Assembly: GCA_963716725.1 (NCBI GenBank)
Contig: CAVQUB010000034.1
Location: 1-64,000 of the forward strand
From: an uncultured delta proteobacterium
GTDB taxonomy: Bacteria; Myxococcota_A; Polyangia; Polyangiales; Polyangiaceae
Direction: 5' to 3'
Length of the DNA: 64,000 nt
The position numbers were made by a program, and so were the translations under genes. Positions 8,066 through 19,812 of the stretch are shown piece after piece; the first letter of the stretch is position 1; the number at the start of each line of letters is the position of its first letter. Under the pieces are notes generated by a model that was given only the letters and a program-made list of their open reading frames with translations, was not told the DNA's origin and did no database searches.

Positions 8066-9517
8066 ATGACTAAGCGCACTGCGTTCTCTTCGCGCGCCGC
8101 GTTTCGCGCCGCGCTCAGCATCGGCTTCGTTGCTTCGACCACGTTCACGTTGATGCCTGCGTGCTCGGGCGGCGATGACTTCACTGCCAAGAACACCGGC
8201 GGCGCGACCAACACCGGAGGCAGCGCGGGTGATGCAAGCACCACGGGAGGCTCCGGCGGAGCCGGCGGCTCGGCCGCGAGCGGCGGCGTGTCGGGTGGCG
8301 GCGGCGTGTCGGGTGGCGGCGGCGTGTCGGGCGCCGGCGGCGTGTCGGGTTCGGGCGGCGAGGCGGGCGCCGGCGGAGCGGCGGGCAGCGGCGGCGAGGC
8401 GGGAGCTGATAGCGGCAGCGGCAAAGCGGACGGCAAGCCGTGTGCGAACAAGACCGAGTGCAAGAGCGGCTACTGCGTCGACGACGTCTGCTGCGAGAGC
8501 GACTGCGCGGGCCTGTGCAGCACCTGCAAAGCCTCGGGAAAAGAGGGCCTCTGCACCTCGTATGCGGCAAATACGGACCCCGAGGGCGACTGCACGGGCG
8601 CGGGCACGCCCACCGATCCCTGCGCCGGCACCTGTGATGGCAAGAGCGCCTGCACCTATCCCAGTGGGTCGAAATCGTGCGCAGCGCAGGTTTGCTCCAG
8701 CAGCGTTCAGAGCAACTTCGCGTGCAGCGGCGCCGGCGCCTGCGTGAAGGCGGACAAGTCGTGCGGAAACTACCAGTGTTCAGGGCCTGGGTGCCTCACC
8801 CAGTGCAGCGCCGATGCGGAGTGCATCTCGACGACCTACTGCAAGGCTCCGACCTGCGACCTCAAGCTCGACTTGGGCAAGGCGTGCCCGAAGCCCTCCG
8901 CTTGCAAGAGCGGGATCTGCTTTGGCGGAACGTGCTGCAACGCGACCTGCGGCGCGAACTTCGAGTGCTCGAGCGGTTCGTGCAAGTGCAACGGCCAGAC
9001 CTGCGACGCCGGCCAGGCTTGCGTGCTCTGGTATCAAGACTCGGACAACGACGGGTTCGGCAACGCCGCCAAGGCCATTCTCGGTTGCGCGAACAAGAAG
9101 CCGGCCGGCTACGTCGCGGACAAGACTGACTGCTACGACGCCAACGCCGACGCGAAGCCAGGGCAGACGCAGTGGTTCCCCAACCACCGAGGCGACGGCA
9201 AATTCGACTACAACTGCGACAATACTGCCGAGCAGTACTACAAGACGGTCTCCGGCGCGTGTCAGTACTGCAGCAAGGTTCTCGACAAGGACCCACCCTG
9301 CAACGCCGCCAGCTACGACTGCTGGTGCGACATTTTTTCCTGCACGCTGGGCTCGAACTCAGGCCTGAGCGCCGACGGACCTTGCGGAACCATCGTGACC
9401 CTCAAGACCTGCACTCAAGACACTGCCTTCGAGCCCATTCCGGGCGGAGGTGCCAAGAAGGTCTGCGTCGCGAGCGCGCACGCGAATTCTTCGCAGACCG
9501 CGCAGCTCTGCCGCTGA
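8066..9517 (+). CDS. Cys-rich lipoprotein with putative metal-binding (MopE-like) motif
   Basis: Lipobox MPAC; Gly tether; many C-x-x-G-x-C-C repeats; WYQDSDNDGFGN...DCYDANADAKPG...FDYNCD. Confidence 0.8.
   Translation: MTKRTAFSSRAAFRAALSIGFVASTTFTLMPACSGGDDFTAKNTGGATNTGGSAGDASTTGGSGGAGGSAASGGVSGGGGVSGGGGVSGAGGVSGSGGEAGAGGAAGSGGEAGADSGSGKADGKPCANKTECKSGYCVDDVCCESDCAGLCSTCKASGKEGLCTSYAANTDPEGDCTGAGTPTDPCAGTCDGKSACTYPSGSKSCAAQVCSSSVQSNFACSGAGACVKADKSCGNYQCSGPGCLTQCSADAECISTTYCKAPTCDLKLDLGKACPKPSACKSGICFGGTCCNATCGANFECSSGSCKCNGQTCDAGQACVLWYQDSDNDGFGNAAKAILGCANKKPAGYVADKTDCYDANADAKPGQTQWFPNHRGDGKFDYNCDNTAEQYYKTVSGACQYCSKVLDKDPPCNAASYDCWCDIFSCTLGSNSGLSADGPCGTIVTLKTCTQDTAFEPIPGGGAKKVCVASAHANSSQTAQLCR
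8282..8353 (+). repeat. 4 x 18-bp tandem repeat (GGVSGG) within lipoprotein tether
   Basis: ggcggcgtgtcgggtggc x2, then two variant copies. Confidence 0.85.
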
Positions 9518-9526
9518 CCGTCGCCC

Positions 9527-11185
9527 TCACATCCACACGCGCGTCAGCACTAGTCGATCGCCTGCCACTGCCTGTCCGACGCCCAACACGATCGCGCGTC
9601 CGTCCGGCAAGATCAGCACGGCTTGGGGCGTCAGCGTTCCCCCAACCGTCGCGAAACCGCTCGAGCCGAATCCCGCCTCCGGCTTGCCGTCGGTGCCGAA
9701 GCGCGCGACACCGAGCGATTGCCCGACGCGACCGGCAACCACCACCCGACCCGACCCGTCCAGCGTGAGCGCGTCGATGCGCATCGCGGTGCCGGTCGCG
9801 AGTCCGCTGGTCCCGAAGGTCGGGTCGGGAGCGCCCTGATCGTCGAGCTGAAACAAGAAATACTTGTCTCCGGTGGCGCCGCCGCCCACCACGATGCGTT
9901 TGTCGGGGCGCAGCGCGAGCCCAGTGGTGAGGCCGCCGTTGCCCGGATCGAGCCAGGCTATTCCCGCCGTGGCAAAGGTGTCCATCGCGCCGCTCGGCGT
10001 GACGCGCGCGACCATCACGGTGCCGCCGGGTTTGTTCGTGGTGCCGGCGACCACGATGCGGTTGGCCGCGTCGACCGCGATGGAGGTCGCCTCGCTGGCG
10101 TACGAGGTCGTGTTGATGGTCGCGATGGACTGGGCACCGAAGGGGTTGTCCGGCGCGCCGTTGGCGTCGCTGCGAGCCACGATGGCGTGCGCAGGCGTCT
10201 TGTCGTTCTTGCCGGAAACGACGACCTTGGCCCCTTGGCCCGTGAGGGCGAAGACGCTGAAGCCAGGGCCGCTGATTTCACCTGCGGTAGCGAAGGTCGG
10301 ATCGAGGGCGCCGGTTGGGTCGAAGCGCGCCACAAACACCTGGTTTCCAGAGAAGTAGCCGCCCACCACCGCGCGACCCTGCGCATCGAGGTAGACGCCG
10401 CGCGCGGCGTGTACGCCCGTGTTCGCCGTGGCGTAGCGCACGACGGATCCGGATGTGCCGAACGCCGAGTCGGGGTCGCCGTTGGCCAAAAATCGGGCCA
10501 GAAAGTAGGCGTGGATACCGGCCGGGGTCGAACCCGCTTCACCGGCCACGTAGATCTTCCCGTCGGCGGCCAGCGCCATGGCGCGCGGACGCGTCCAGTC
10601 GCCGAACACGGACGCGCCCAAATCGGCAAAGGTGTTGTCCCGAGTGCCCGCCGCTCCGCGTGCGAGGAGATCGAACTGCGCCGTCTTCTCGTCGGCGCTG
10701 GTCTTGCCGCGCGCCGTGATCGCCGAGACGCCGTGCTTGATGCTGGTGCCGGCGGTGATCGTCAGTTTGACGGACGTCTCCAGCTTGGTTGCGACCACCG
10801 TCGGCGCAGTCACCCCGCTCGGTAGCCCGACCAAGTCGATGCTGATGGCCTCGCTGAAGTCCTGCCGCGCGATGCTCACTTCGACGTCGATCTGCGACGC
10901 CTCGATCACGGTCAGCAACTTCGTCGCGACCGTGATCCCAAAGCTGCCGACGGGCGGCTGGCCGCCCGTGCCCGTACCGCCCGTGCCCGTGCCGCCGGTC
11001 CCCCAGGTCCCGCCCTTCCCACCGGTTGCACCCGCGCCACCCGCGCCACCCGCGCCGCCGCTGCTCGGCCCGGCGCAGGTGCGCGTCTCTTCGCACGACG
11101 TCTCGGCGCAGCCCGGCCCACCGATCGCTGCCCCCGCGATCGCCGCGCACACCAACGCCCAACGAAAGGTCTGCTTCCCTGCCAC
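9527..11185 (-). CDS. Delta-60 repeat beta-propeller lipoprotein
   Basis: Repeats of the form DGKIYVAG...LARFLANGDPDSAFGTSG, LDPTFATAG, PDPTFGTSG; N-terminal GPGC lipobox and Gly tether. Confidence 0.85.
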   Translation of the reverse strand: MAGKQTFRWALVCAAIAGAAIGGPGCAETSCEETRTCAGPSSGGAGGAGGAGATGGKGGTWGTGGTGTGGTGTGGQPPVGSFGITVATKLLTVIEASQIDVEVSIARQDFSEAISIDLVGLPSGVTAPTVVATKLETSVKLTITAGTSIKHGVSAITARGKTSADEKTAQFDLLARGAAGTRDNTFADLGASVFGDWTRPRAMALAADGKIYVAGEAGSTPAGIHAYFLARFLANGDPDSAFGTSGSVVRYATANTGVHAARGVYLDAQGRAVVGGYFSGNQVFVARFDPTGALDPTFATAGEISGPGFSVFALTGQGAKVVVSGKNDKTPAHAIVARSDANGAPDNPFGAQSIATINTTSYASEATSIAVDAANRIVVAGTTNKPGGTVMVARVTPSGAMDTFATAGIAWLDPGNGGLTTGLALRPDKRIVVGGGATGDKYFLFQLDDQGAPDPTFGTSGLATGTAMRIDALTLDGSGRVVVAGRVGQSLGVARFGTDGKPEAGFGSSGFATVGGTLTPQAVLILPDGRAIVLGVGQAVAGDRLVLTRVWM

Positions 11186-11262
11186 CAGGCAGCAATCCTA
11201 GCAGAACCAGCTCGCATTGCCCTCGCGTTTGCTTTCGAGCGTCAGCCTGAAATCATGGGGTC

Positions 11263-13182
11263 ATGGACCTCTTCAGCGCTGCGCGACGTCTGCGCAAACC
11301 GTTCGTCGTCGGCGCGGATGCTTCCGAGGAGCTGCCGCTCGCGGCTCGCGGGCTAATTGGCGACGGGTTCACCGCGGCGCTCGTCGCCGTGGACGGCGCC
11401 GTGGACTGGCTGTGTTTGCCCCGCTTCGATAGCCCGACGGTGTTCGCTCGCCTACTCGACTGGCAGCGCGGCGGGCAGATGGCCATGCGCCCGACGCAGC
11501 GTCCCTTCGAGGCGCTGCAGGCCTACGACCCCGACACCGCGGTGCTCGAGACGCTCTTCGAGGTGCCAAACGATGGCACCCTTCGACTGGTCGACTCCAT
11601 GCCGTGGTCCGACGATCCGCGCGCCTGCATCCACGAGCTGCACCGGCGCATGGACTGCCTGGGCGGCGAAGCCGAGGTCGAGGTCGTCTTCGACCCGCGC
11701 TTCGACTACGCGCGCGACACGCCGCGCATCGAGATCGGCGAGCACGGCGTGATGGCGGAGGGCAGCGGCGGCGAACGTCTGGCGCTCAGCACCTCGCAGC
11801 GGCTGGACTGGAAGCCGATGCCGAACGGCGGCCTGCGCGCCACCGTGCAGCTTCGCAGCGGCTCGCCGCTCTGGTGCATCCTGAACTGGAACGCCTCGGT
11901 GATCGAAGCCGTCGAGGCGCACCGACCCTACGAGCACTTGAGGGTCACTCGGCGCAAGTGGCGAGAGTGGTCATCGCGCCTCACCTACGACGGACCCTGG
12001 CGCCACCACGTGATGCGCTCGGCGATCACGCTGAAACTGCTGATGTACGGCCCCACCGGCGCCACCGTGGCGGCGCCCACGACCTCGCTGCCGGAATGGA
12101 TCGGCGGCACCCGCAACTGGGACTACCGCTACACCTGGGTGCGCGACGCGGCCCTCACCTTGCGCGCCGCCAACTTGATCGGGTACCCGCAAGAAGCCCG
12201 CGACTTCTACCATTTCATCCGCGACGCGGTCGACGCGGACCACGGCCTCGAGCTGATGTACACGCTCGACGGCGGCGCCGTTCCAGATGAATCCGAGCTC
12301 GGTCATTTGAGGGGCGCCTTCGGTTCGGCTCCGGTGCGCATCGGCAATGGCGCTCGGGATCAGGTTCAGCTCGACACCACCGGCGCCGTGGTCGACGCCG
12401 CGCATCTCTTCGAGCGCTTCGGCGGTACCTTGCCGCTGCGCGCGTGGCACAAGGTCGCGGCCATCATCGAAGACGCCGAACAGACCTGGGGGTCCCCCGA
12501 TCACGGGATCTGGGAGCCGCGGACCGGCAAGCGACACAACGTGCACTCCAAGGTCATGAACTGGCTGGCCATGGATCGCGGCGCCCAGCTCGCGCGCGGC
12601 TTCGGACGAGTCGATCTAGCGGAGCGCTGGGAACGCTGCGCGTCGGAGATCCACGCGGACGTGATCGCGCGGGGCATGGACCCGAATCATGGGCACTTCG
12701 TCAGCTGTTACGGCGAGCACCGCGCGGACGCAGCGCTCTTGCTGATGCCCATTCACGGCTTTCTCCCCGACGAAGATCCCCGCCTGGTGAAGACCGTGGC
12801 GTGGGTCCGAAGCGAGCTCGGCGCGGGTCCGTTCTTGTATCGCTACCGCGCCGATGACGACGGTGTGGGCGGCGAAGAGGGCGCGTTCATCCTGTGCGGC
12901 TTCTGGCTGGCCGAAGCGCTGGCGCTGCAGGGCGATCTGAGCGCGGCCACGGAGGTGTTCGTGGCTCACGCCGAGGCCAGCAATCACCTCGGCCTCTTGT
13001 CGGAGGAGATCGACCCGACGAACGGCGCGCTGCTCGGCAACTTTCCCCAGGCGTTCAGCCACCTGGGTCTCGTCAACGCCGCGCTGCGCATCGACCTGGC
13101 CCTGCGCCTGAAGGACGAGGGCTCGGCGAAGGCGCCGCACTTGATCGGATCGTTGCCACGCAAGCCGACGGGCTTTGGGTGA
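11263..13182 (+). CDS. Glycoside hydrolase family 15 (trehalase/glucoamylase-like)
   Basis: WLCLPRFDSP, AAPTTSLPEWIGGTRNWDYRYTWVRD, GIWEPR, LGLLSEE, GNFPQAFSH motifs. Confidence 0.95.
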   Translation: MDLFSAARRLRKPFVVGADASEELPLAARGLIGDGFTAALVAVDGAVDWLCLPRFDSPTVFARLLDWQRGGQMAMRPTQRPFEALQAYDPDTAVLETLFEVPNDGTLRLVDSMPWSDDPRACIHELHRRMDCLGGEAEVEVVFDPRFDYARDTPRIEIGEHGVMAEGSGGERLALSTSQRLDWKPMPNGGLRATVQLRSGSPLWCILNWNASVIEAVEAHRPYEHLRVTRRKWREWSSRLTYDGPWRHHVMRSAITLKLLMYGPTGATVAAPTTSLPEWIGGTRNWDYRYTWVRDAALTLRAANLIGYPQEARDFYHFIRDAVDADHGLELMYTLDGGAVPDESELGHLRGAFGSAPVRIGNGARDQVQLDTTGAVVDAAHLFERFGGTLPLRAWHKVAAIIEDAEQTWGSPDHGIWEPRTGKRHNVHSKVMNWLAMDRGAQLARGFGRVDLAERWERCASEIHADVIARGMDPNHGHFVSCYGEHRADAALLLMPIHGFLPDEDPRLVKTVAWVRSELGAGPFLYRYRADDDGVGGEEGAFILCGFWLAEALALQGDLSAATEVFVAHAEASNHLGLLSEEIDPTNGALLGNFPQAFSHLGLVNAALRIDLALRLKDEGSAKAPHLIGSLPRKPTGFG

Positions 13183-13201
13183 GGCGGGCTCCCATGGAAG
13201 C

Positions 13202-13231
13202 AAAAAGGCGGACCCCTTTCAGGATCCGCCT
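13202..13231 (-). terminator. Rho-independent terminator of groESL
   Basis: Minus strand AGGCGGATCCT-GAAA-GGGGTCCGCCT followed by TTTT. Confidence 0.85.
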
Positions 13232-13276
13232 CTTCGCGACTTCATGTCAGCCGCGCCCTATTCGGACGCGACGTGA

Positions 13277-14904
<1,628 letters not shown>

Positions 14905-14939
14905 TTTCTTCGTCTTTCCTCTAATGCCTCGTCAACGAC

Positions 14940-15230
14940 TCACTTCTCGATCACGCCGAGGATGTCGTCCTCGCGCAGGATGAGGTGCTCCTCGCCGTCG
15001 ATCTTCACCTCGGTGCCGCTGTACTTGCCGAAGAGCACGCGGTCGCCCGCCTTGACGTCGAGCTTCCGAACGGTGCCGTCCTCGAGGACCTTGCCGTTGC
15101 CGACCGCGATGACCTCGCCCTCGATGGGCTTCTCTTTCGCGGTGTCGGGGATGATGATCCCGCCCTTGGTCTTCTCTTCTTCCTTCACTCGCTTGACGAT
15201 GACGCGGTCCTGCAGCGGTCGAATCTTCAT
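14940..15230 (-). CDS. groES: Co-chaperonin GroES
   Basis: [14 protein letters not shown]...[13 protein letters not shown]...[31 protein letters not shown]; strong SD GAGGAGAGGAAG. Confidence 0.98.
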   Translation of the reverse strand: MKIRPLQDRVIVKRVKEEEKTKGGIIIPDTAKEKPIEGEVIAVGNGKVLEDGTVRKLDVKAGDRVLFGKYSGTEVKIDGEEHLILREDDILGVIEK

Positions 15231-15384
15231 GGGTCTTCCTCTCCTCAATCGGTTGGCTCCGGAGTGATCCGGGGCGGTCGCAGCGGAAATCGCTGCGGGG
15301 TTTGGGCCCCGGAGTAAGTCCGGGATTTGGGGGTGTGGGACGCGAGCGCGCCGTTCAACCCCTCGGAATCAAACAGTAAGTCAG

Positions 15385-15411
15385 TTGGCACTCACTGATC
15401 GAGAGTGCTAA
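15385..15411 (-). promoter_or_regulatory. CIRCE operator (HrcA binding site)
   Basis: Minus strand TTAGCACTC-N9-GAGTGCCAA, one mismatch to consensus TTAGCACTC-N9-GAGTGCTAA, upstream of groES. Confidence 0.95.
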
Positions 15412-15421
15412 CAGGAGCCGG

Positions 15422-15449
15422 AATGTAATCGTAGCTCCAATGGAGTCAA
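15422..15449 (-). promoter_or_regulatory. Sigma70-type promoter of groESL
   Basis: TTGACT (15449-15444), 16-bp spacer, TACATT (15427-15422), immediately upstream of CIRCE. Confidence 0.7.
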
Positions 15450-15700
15450 GGGGGAGACAAGGTGGTTTTCGGCTGGCAGCCCCCGCGGGCGAGTGCTGAA
15501 GAACGCCCGCTCCAGCTTCACTTCAACTTGGCCTGAAGCGATCCGTTCCCTCATATTGGAGGAAGCTGGTTGGAGAACGCGCACAGGTCACCGAAACCAC
15601 GACGCATTGTCGAGTCCACCCGGGACACCGCCCGGGCAGATATCCCCGCCTTCTCCACAGCTCGCGCCGGCCTCCGAGGCCGGAACAGGAGTGATCTGCC

Positions 15701-16327
15701 ATGAGTGATCGAGACCGTTCCCCCCCACCGACCATCGACCTCGCTTCGAGCGTGAGCGCCTTCTTCGGCCCGGTCGTCTCCGATGCGATTCGGGCCCAGG
15801 GCTACGAGGCCACCGGAGCCGCCGAGGCCTACGTGGTCGCGCTTCTCTCCGACTACACCAAGCCCGGGCAGCTCGGGGAAGAGACCCTCTCACGACCGCT
15901 CACCCTGCTCCTCGATGAAGCCATGCAGACCTCGGGCCCAGAACGCTTCGAGCGCCTGCGTGTGATCGGTGACGGTGTGCTCTACCTCTCGGGGTTCTTC
16001 GGCGAGCACCTCGAGAATCGCGGGGTGGCGCCGGCGTACATGAGCACCCTCGGCTCCTGCGCCTACGAGAACGCCTCGGCCATGCTGCGACAGCGAGCTC
16101 AGGATCCGGGCGCGCCCGACCTGTTCAGCGAGTTGGCCGAGAAGTTCCGCATGTTCGTGCGGCTCTTGGCGGACGTCGCCGAGTCGCTCCGCGCGCGTTC
16201 GGCGCGCACCGACGGCGCGGTAGTCAAGCTCTACGAGCGCTGGCTCAAGACCGGATCGGCGACGCTCGGCGACGCCTTGGTCGCCCACGGCATGGTACCC
16301 GTGCGCGGAACGGGATTGGTGCATTGA
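15701..16327 (+). CDS. Conserved hypothetical protein
   Basis: SD-like AGGAG upstream; typical codon usage; motif IGDGVLYLSGFF...YMSTLGSCAY. Confidence 0.8.
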   Translation: MSDRDRSPPPTIDLASSVSAFFGPVVSDAIRAQGYEATGAAEAYVVALLSDYTKPGQLGEETLSRPLTLLLDEAMQTSGPERFERLRVIGDGVLYLSGFFGEHLENRGVAPAYMSTLGSCAYENASAMLRQRAQDPGAPDLFSELAEKFRMFVRLLADVAESLRARSARTDGAVVKLYERWLKTGSATLGDALVAHGMVPVRGTGLVH

Positions 16328-16926
16328 TCGACCCGCAGCATCGCACGCTGCGCAGCGTTCAGCTCGAAATCGAGCGCGTCTACGGCCTCGAACGCACCGC
16401 TGACGTCGTCGACTTCGTGCGCATGGGAGCCGAACAGTCCCGCGAAACCCTGGTGATTCGGCAGCGTGACGACGAGCTCGAGATCGCCCTGGTATTGCCT
16501 CCGGTCAGGGATCCGCTCGATCTGACCGCGCCCCACTACGGCCCCTCGGACGCTTGGCTACAGATCGTCGAGGGCGTCAGCCATTTTGTCTTCGTCGCCG
16601 AGCGTGCCCGCACCGACTTGCCGGCCACGCAGCTCGAGCTCGAGCTCCAGGCCGAGGTCGACAAGTTCGTGCTGATCGCCTTCGCAGGCGCGCCGCTCGA
16701 TCCTCATCAGAGCAGCGCACTGCACGGTCATCTCTACGAGCGCGTCCGCTACCTGCATGCGGCGGACACTGAAGACGGCGCTCGCTACCGGCTGGCCAAC
16801 GACCTGGCCGCGCGATTCGTGGCGCGGCTCGTGAGCCGTGACGACCCACCTGTGGCGCTGCGCACGCTCCGACGCTTCTACCGCGCGGGGCAGGCCGAGA
16901 AGATCAGCCTCGCGCGCGCGGCCTGA
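16324..16926 (+). CDS. Conserved hypothetical protein, translationally coupled to upstream gene
   Basis: TTG start overlapping TGA; motif EGVSHFVF...ELELQAEVDKF...RYRLAN. Confidence 0.8.
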   Translation: MIDPQHRTLRSVQLEIERVYGLERTADVVDFVRMGAEQSRETLVIRQRDDELEIALVLPPVRDPLDLTAPHYGPSDAWLQIVEGVSHFVFVAERARTDLPATQLELELQAEVDKFVLIAFAGAPLDPHQSSALHGHLYERVRYLHAADTEDGARYRLANDLAARFVARLVSRDDPPVALRTLRRFYRAGQAEKISLARAA

Positions 16927-16927
16927 G

Positions 16928-17425
16928 TCACTGGCAGAGACCAGCGCTGCCGCAGGCCAGACCAGCGCAGCATTTGGGAGAGCCAACGGCGACGCAGGCC
17001 TCATCCCGAATGTTGCAGGCATCGACCCCCAGGCACAGTGGCGCGAGCACCGGGTGTTTGGCGACGCACGCAATCAGCTTGCTGCCTACCAGATCCGTCG
17101 GGAAAGCGCAGTTGTCGCCCTTGTCGCAAGAGCACTCCGCGTAGGCGCCGATCTCACTGCAGTCCTTCGGAAACAGGCACTTCGCTGCCTCCAACTTGCA
17201 ATTCGAATCGTTGATCTTCTTCAGGCACTCGCCCCAGGGACATGCGCTCGCGCCCCCGCCACTGCCCCCAGTCGCCGCGCCGCCGCTGCCCCCACCGGAT
17301 GCGCCGCCGCCCCCCGCAGCGCCGCCGCTCGCCGCGCCCCCGCCGCCGGGGTTGGTCGAAGAAGACGAGCAGCCGAACACCGCGACCGCCGCGACCGCCG
17401 CGAGACCCGAGAGCCAGCGCACCAT
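16928..17425 (-). CDS. Small Gly/Cys-rich lipoprotein
   Basis: MVRWLSGLAAVAAVAVFGC lipobox; Gly tether; C-terminal CCAGLACGSAGLC. Confidence 0.75.
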   Translation of the reverse strand: MVRWLSGLAAVAAVAVFGCSSSSTNPGGGGAASGGAAGGGGASGGGSGGAATGGSGGGASACPWGECLKKINDSNCKLEAAKCLFPKDCSEIGAYAECSCDKGDNCAFPTDLVGSKLIACVAKHPVLAPLCLGVDACNIRDEACVAVGSPKCCAGLACGSAGLCQ

Positions 17426-17506
17426 GCCGCCACGATACCGCGCGCACGATGGCCGCGCCAGGTGGCGTTTGACCCGCAACCGAGCGCGTCTCATGCTCGC
17501 GCCGCC

Positions 17507-17833
17507 GTGCACGTGGTGTTCATCGCGCAGGACCTGTGGGAGGCGCAGCTGCTCTTGGATCAGCTGATCGAGCTCTGGATCCCGGCGCGCATCGACAACG
17601 CGCTCAGCATGTCGGGCTACGGCGAGCTGCCGTACCTGGCATCGCGACCGCGGGTGGTGGTCGAGCGCGCCAGCGACGTCGAGCGTGCGCGGGCGGCCGT
17701 GGTCGAGTTCGAAGCTCGGGGCCGCGCGAAGCTCGACGGCGTGAAGCGCTGCCCGAGCTGTGGCGACGACAGCCCCGAGAATTTCGAGCTGTGCTGGAAG
17801 TGCGGGGGTGAGCTGGACGCGCCAGCGTCGTGA
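17507..17833 (+). CDS. DUF2007-like protein with C-terminal zinc ribbon
   Basis: VFIAQDLWEAQLL...GYGELP...; CPSCGDDSPENFELCWKCG; GTG start inferred. Confidence 0.75.
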   Translation: MHVVFIAQDLWEAQLLLDQLIELWIPARIDNALSMSGYGELPYLASRPRVVVERASDVERARAAVVEFEARGRAKLDGVKRCPSCGDDSPENFELCWKCGGELDAPAS

Positions 17834-17883
17834 CGTCAATCGGGGAACTCGCGCGCGGCTCGTGGCGAATGCTAGAATGAGCC

Positions 17884-18444
17884 ATGTACAAAGCAGCCTG
17901 GTCGTTGCTCGCGTTCTTCATTCTTGCGTCCTGCAACAGCGGCGGGTCCGGGAACGGCACCGGAGGCGCGGCCGGCGCCGGCGGGGCTGTTGGGGGTGCC
18001 TCGGGCGCCGGCGGTGCGGGCGGGGCTGTAGGCGGATCCGGCGGGGACGCCGGCGTGGACGCGGAGGGCGGCGGCGCCGTGGGCGGAACCGGGGGCACAG
18101 CGGGTGATGCTGGCCCGGCCTGCAACGGACCCGACCTCGCGTCTTGCCTCATCATCGTGGAGGCGGACGGCTCCGGCGCGTGCCACGAAGGCTCCGGCTT
18201 CCAAGGCCCGCAGAAGGCCGTCTTCGATCAGACCTGCGCCGACTCGAACGGAGTTCTCGGCACGACGCCGTGTTCGCACGCCTATCCCAACGCGGGCGGG
18301 TGCAGCCAGCCGTCGACCTTCTGCTGGGTGGTCTGGGGACTCTACCCCGACGACCCGAGCACGAGCGAAGACGAATTCGCGATCGCCAAGTCCGAGCAGC
18401 CGAACGCCTGCGCTTCGATTGGCGGGACGTACTACGCGCCGTAG
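17884..18444 (+). CDS. Gly/Cys-rich lipoprotein
   Basis: LLAFFILASC lipobox; Gly tether; Cys-containing C-terminal domain. Confidence 0.75.
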   Translation: MYKAAWSLLAFFILASCNSGGSGNGTGGAAGAGGAVGGASGAGGAGGAVGGSGGDAGVDAEGGGAVGGTGGTAGDAGPACNGPDLASCLIIVEADGSGACHEGSGFQGPQKAVFDQTCADSNGVLGTTPCSHAYPNAGGCSQPSTFCWVVWGLYPDDPSTSEDEFAIAKSEQPNACASIGGTYYAP

Positions 18445-18479
18445 CCCGCGTTGTCCCGAAGTGCGGGTGAGGGCTGCCG

Positions 18480-19649
18480 CTAGAGCCCCATCAACTTCGC
18501 CAGGTAGTACGTCATCGTCTCGGTGGTGCCGCCACCGATCTTGAGCAGGCGAGCGTCACGCCAGGCGCGAGCGATGGGGTACTCCTCGACGTAGCCCCAA
18601 CCGCCGTGGAACTGCAGGCAGGTGTCCATCACCTCGGCGACCAGCTCGCCGGCGACGATCTTCGCCATGCTGATCAGCTTCACCGTCTCCATCGTGACGT
18701 TGCCTTGGTTCTCGTACTTGTCGGTGTTGTAGGCATCGACGCACTTGTCTACGAAGGCCTGCGCCATCTCGACCTTGGTGTACATGTTGACGAACTTGTG
18801 CTGCCAGAGCTCGCGCTTGATCAGCGGTTTGCCAAACACCACGCGCTGTTCGCCGTACTCACGGGAGAACTCGATGGCAAAGCGCGCGCCAGCGACGCCG
18901 GCGACGGCGCCGATCAGGCGCTCGGCCTGGAAGTTCTGCATCAAGTACATGAAGCCCATGTTCTCTTCGCCGAGGCGGTAGCGCTCCGGGATGCGCACGT
19001 CTTCGAGCCAGAGCTCGGCCGTGTCCGAGGCGTGGTTGCCGATCTTCTCCAGCTTCCTGCCGACCCGGAAGCCCTTGGTGTCGGTCGGCACCAGGAAGAA
19101 GGTGCAGCCGTGGGCGCCCGACTCGGGGTTGGTCTTGGCGAGCAGCGTGATGAAGCTGGCCCGGGTGCCGTTGGTGATGAAGGTCTTCTGGCCGTTCAGC
19201 ACGTAGTCGCCGCCGTCGCGCTTGGCCACGGTGCGAATGTTGGCGACGTCGCTGCCGGCACCTGGCTCACTGACGCCGATGGCTGCGATGCGATCCCCTG
19301 CGAGCGCGGGCTTGAGGAACTCTTCGATTTGCTCCGGCGTGCCCAGATCCGCGATGACCGGCGTCGCCATGTCGGTCTGCACGAGCAGCGCCATCGTCAC
19401 GCCGGCGCAGCGCCCGCGGGGCAGCTCCTGCGCCTTGGCGACGCTGAACCAGTAGTCGCCGCCGGAGCCGCCGCAAGCCTCGGAGTAGTGCGCGCCGAGA
19501 ATGCCCAGGTCTCCGGCCTTCTTGAACAGCTCGCTGGGAAAGTCTTTGGCCTTCTCCCACTCGTCCGAGAACGGCGCGATCTCCTTCTCGGCAAACTGGC
19601 GGACGGTCTTGCGGAAGTGTTCGTGCTCTTCGGTATACGGATCCCACAT
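18480..19649 (-). CDS. Acyl-CoA dehydrogenase
   Basis: MWDPYTEEHEHFRKTVRQF; SEPGAGSD, LNGQKTFITNG, FQAERL, QFHGGWGYVEEYPIARAWRDAR, IGGGT. Confidence 0.95.
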   Translation of the reverse strand: MWDPYTEEHEHFRKTVRQFAEKEIAPFSDEWEKAKDFPSELFKKAGDLGILGAHYSEACGGSGGDYWFSVAKAQELPRGRCAGVTMALLVQTDMATPVIADLGTPEQIEEFLKPALAGDRIAAIGVSEPGAGSDVANIRTVAKRDGGDYVLNGQKTFITNGTRASFITLLAKTNPESGAHGCTFFLVPTDTKGFRVGRKLEKIGNHASDTAELWLEDVRIPERYRLGEENMGFMYLMQNFQAERLIGAVAGVAGARFAIEFSREYGEQRVVFGKPLIKRELWQHKFVNMYTKVEMAQAFVDKCVDAYNTDKYENQGNVTMETVKLISMAKIVAGELVAEVMDTCLQFHGGWGYVEEYPIARAWRDARLLKIGGGTTETMTYYLAKLMGL

Positions 19650-19812
19650 GGCGATGCTCCTGGGCGGGCCGGCGACCCCGGGAGGCCGGCGCCGGCGGAA
19701 TGATTCGTACACGAAACTTCTCCGGCCGCAACGCGCACGCAGGCGGGTTTTCGACGTCTTCCGAGCGCCAAGGCTTGGACTTCGGGGCCCCTGCCTCGTA
19801 CCGTGGCCGCTC

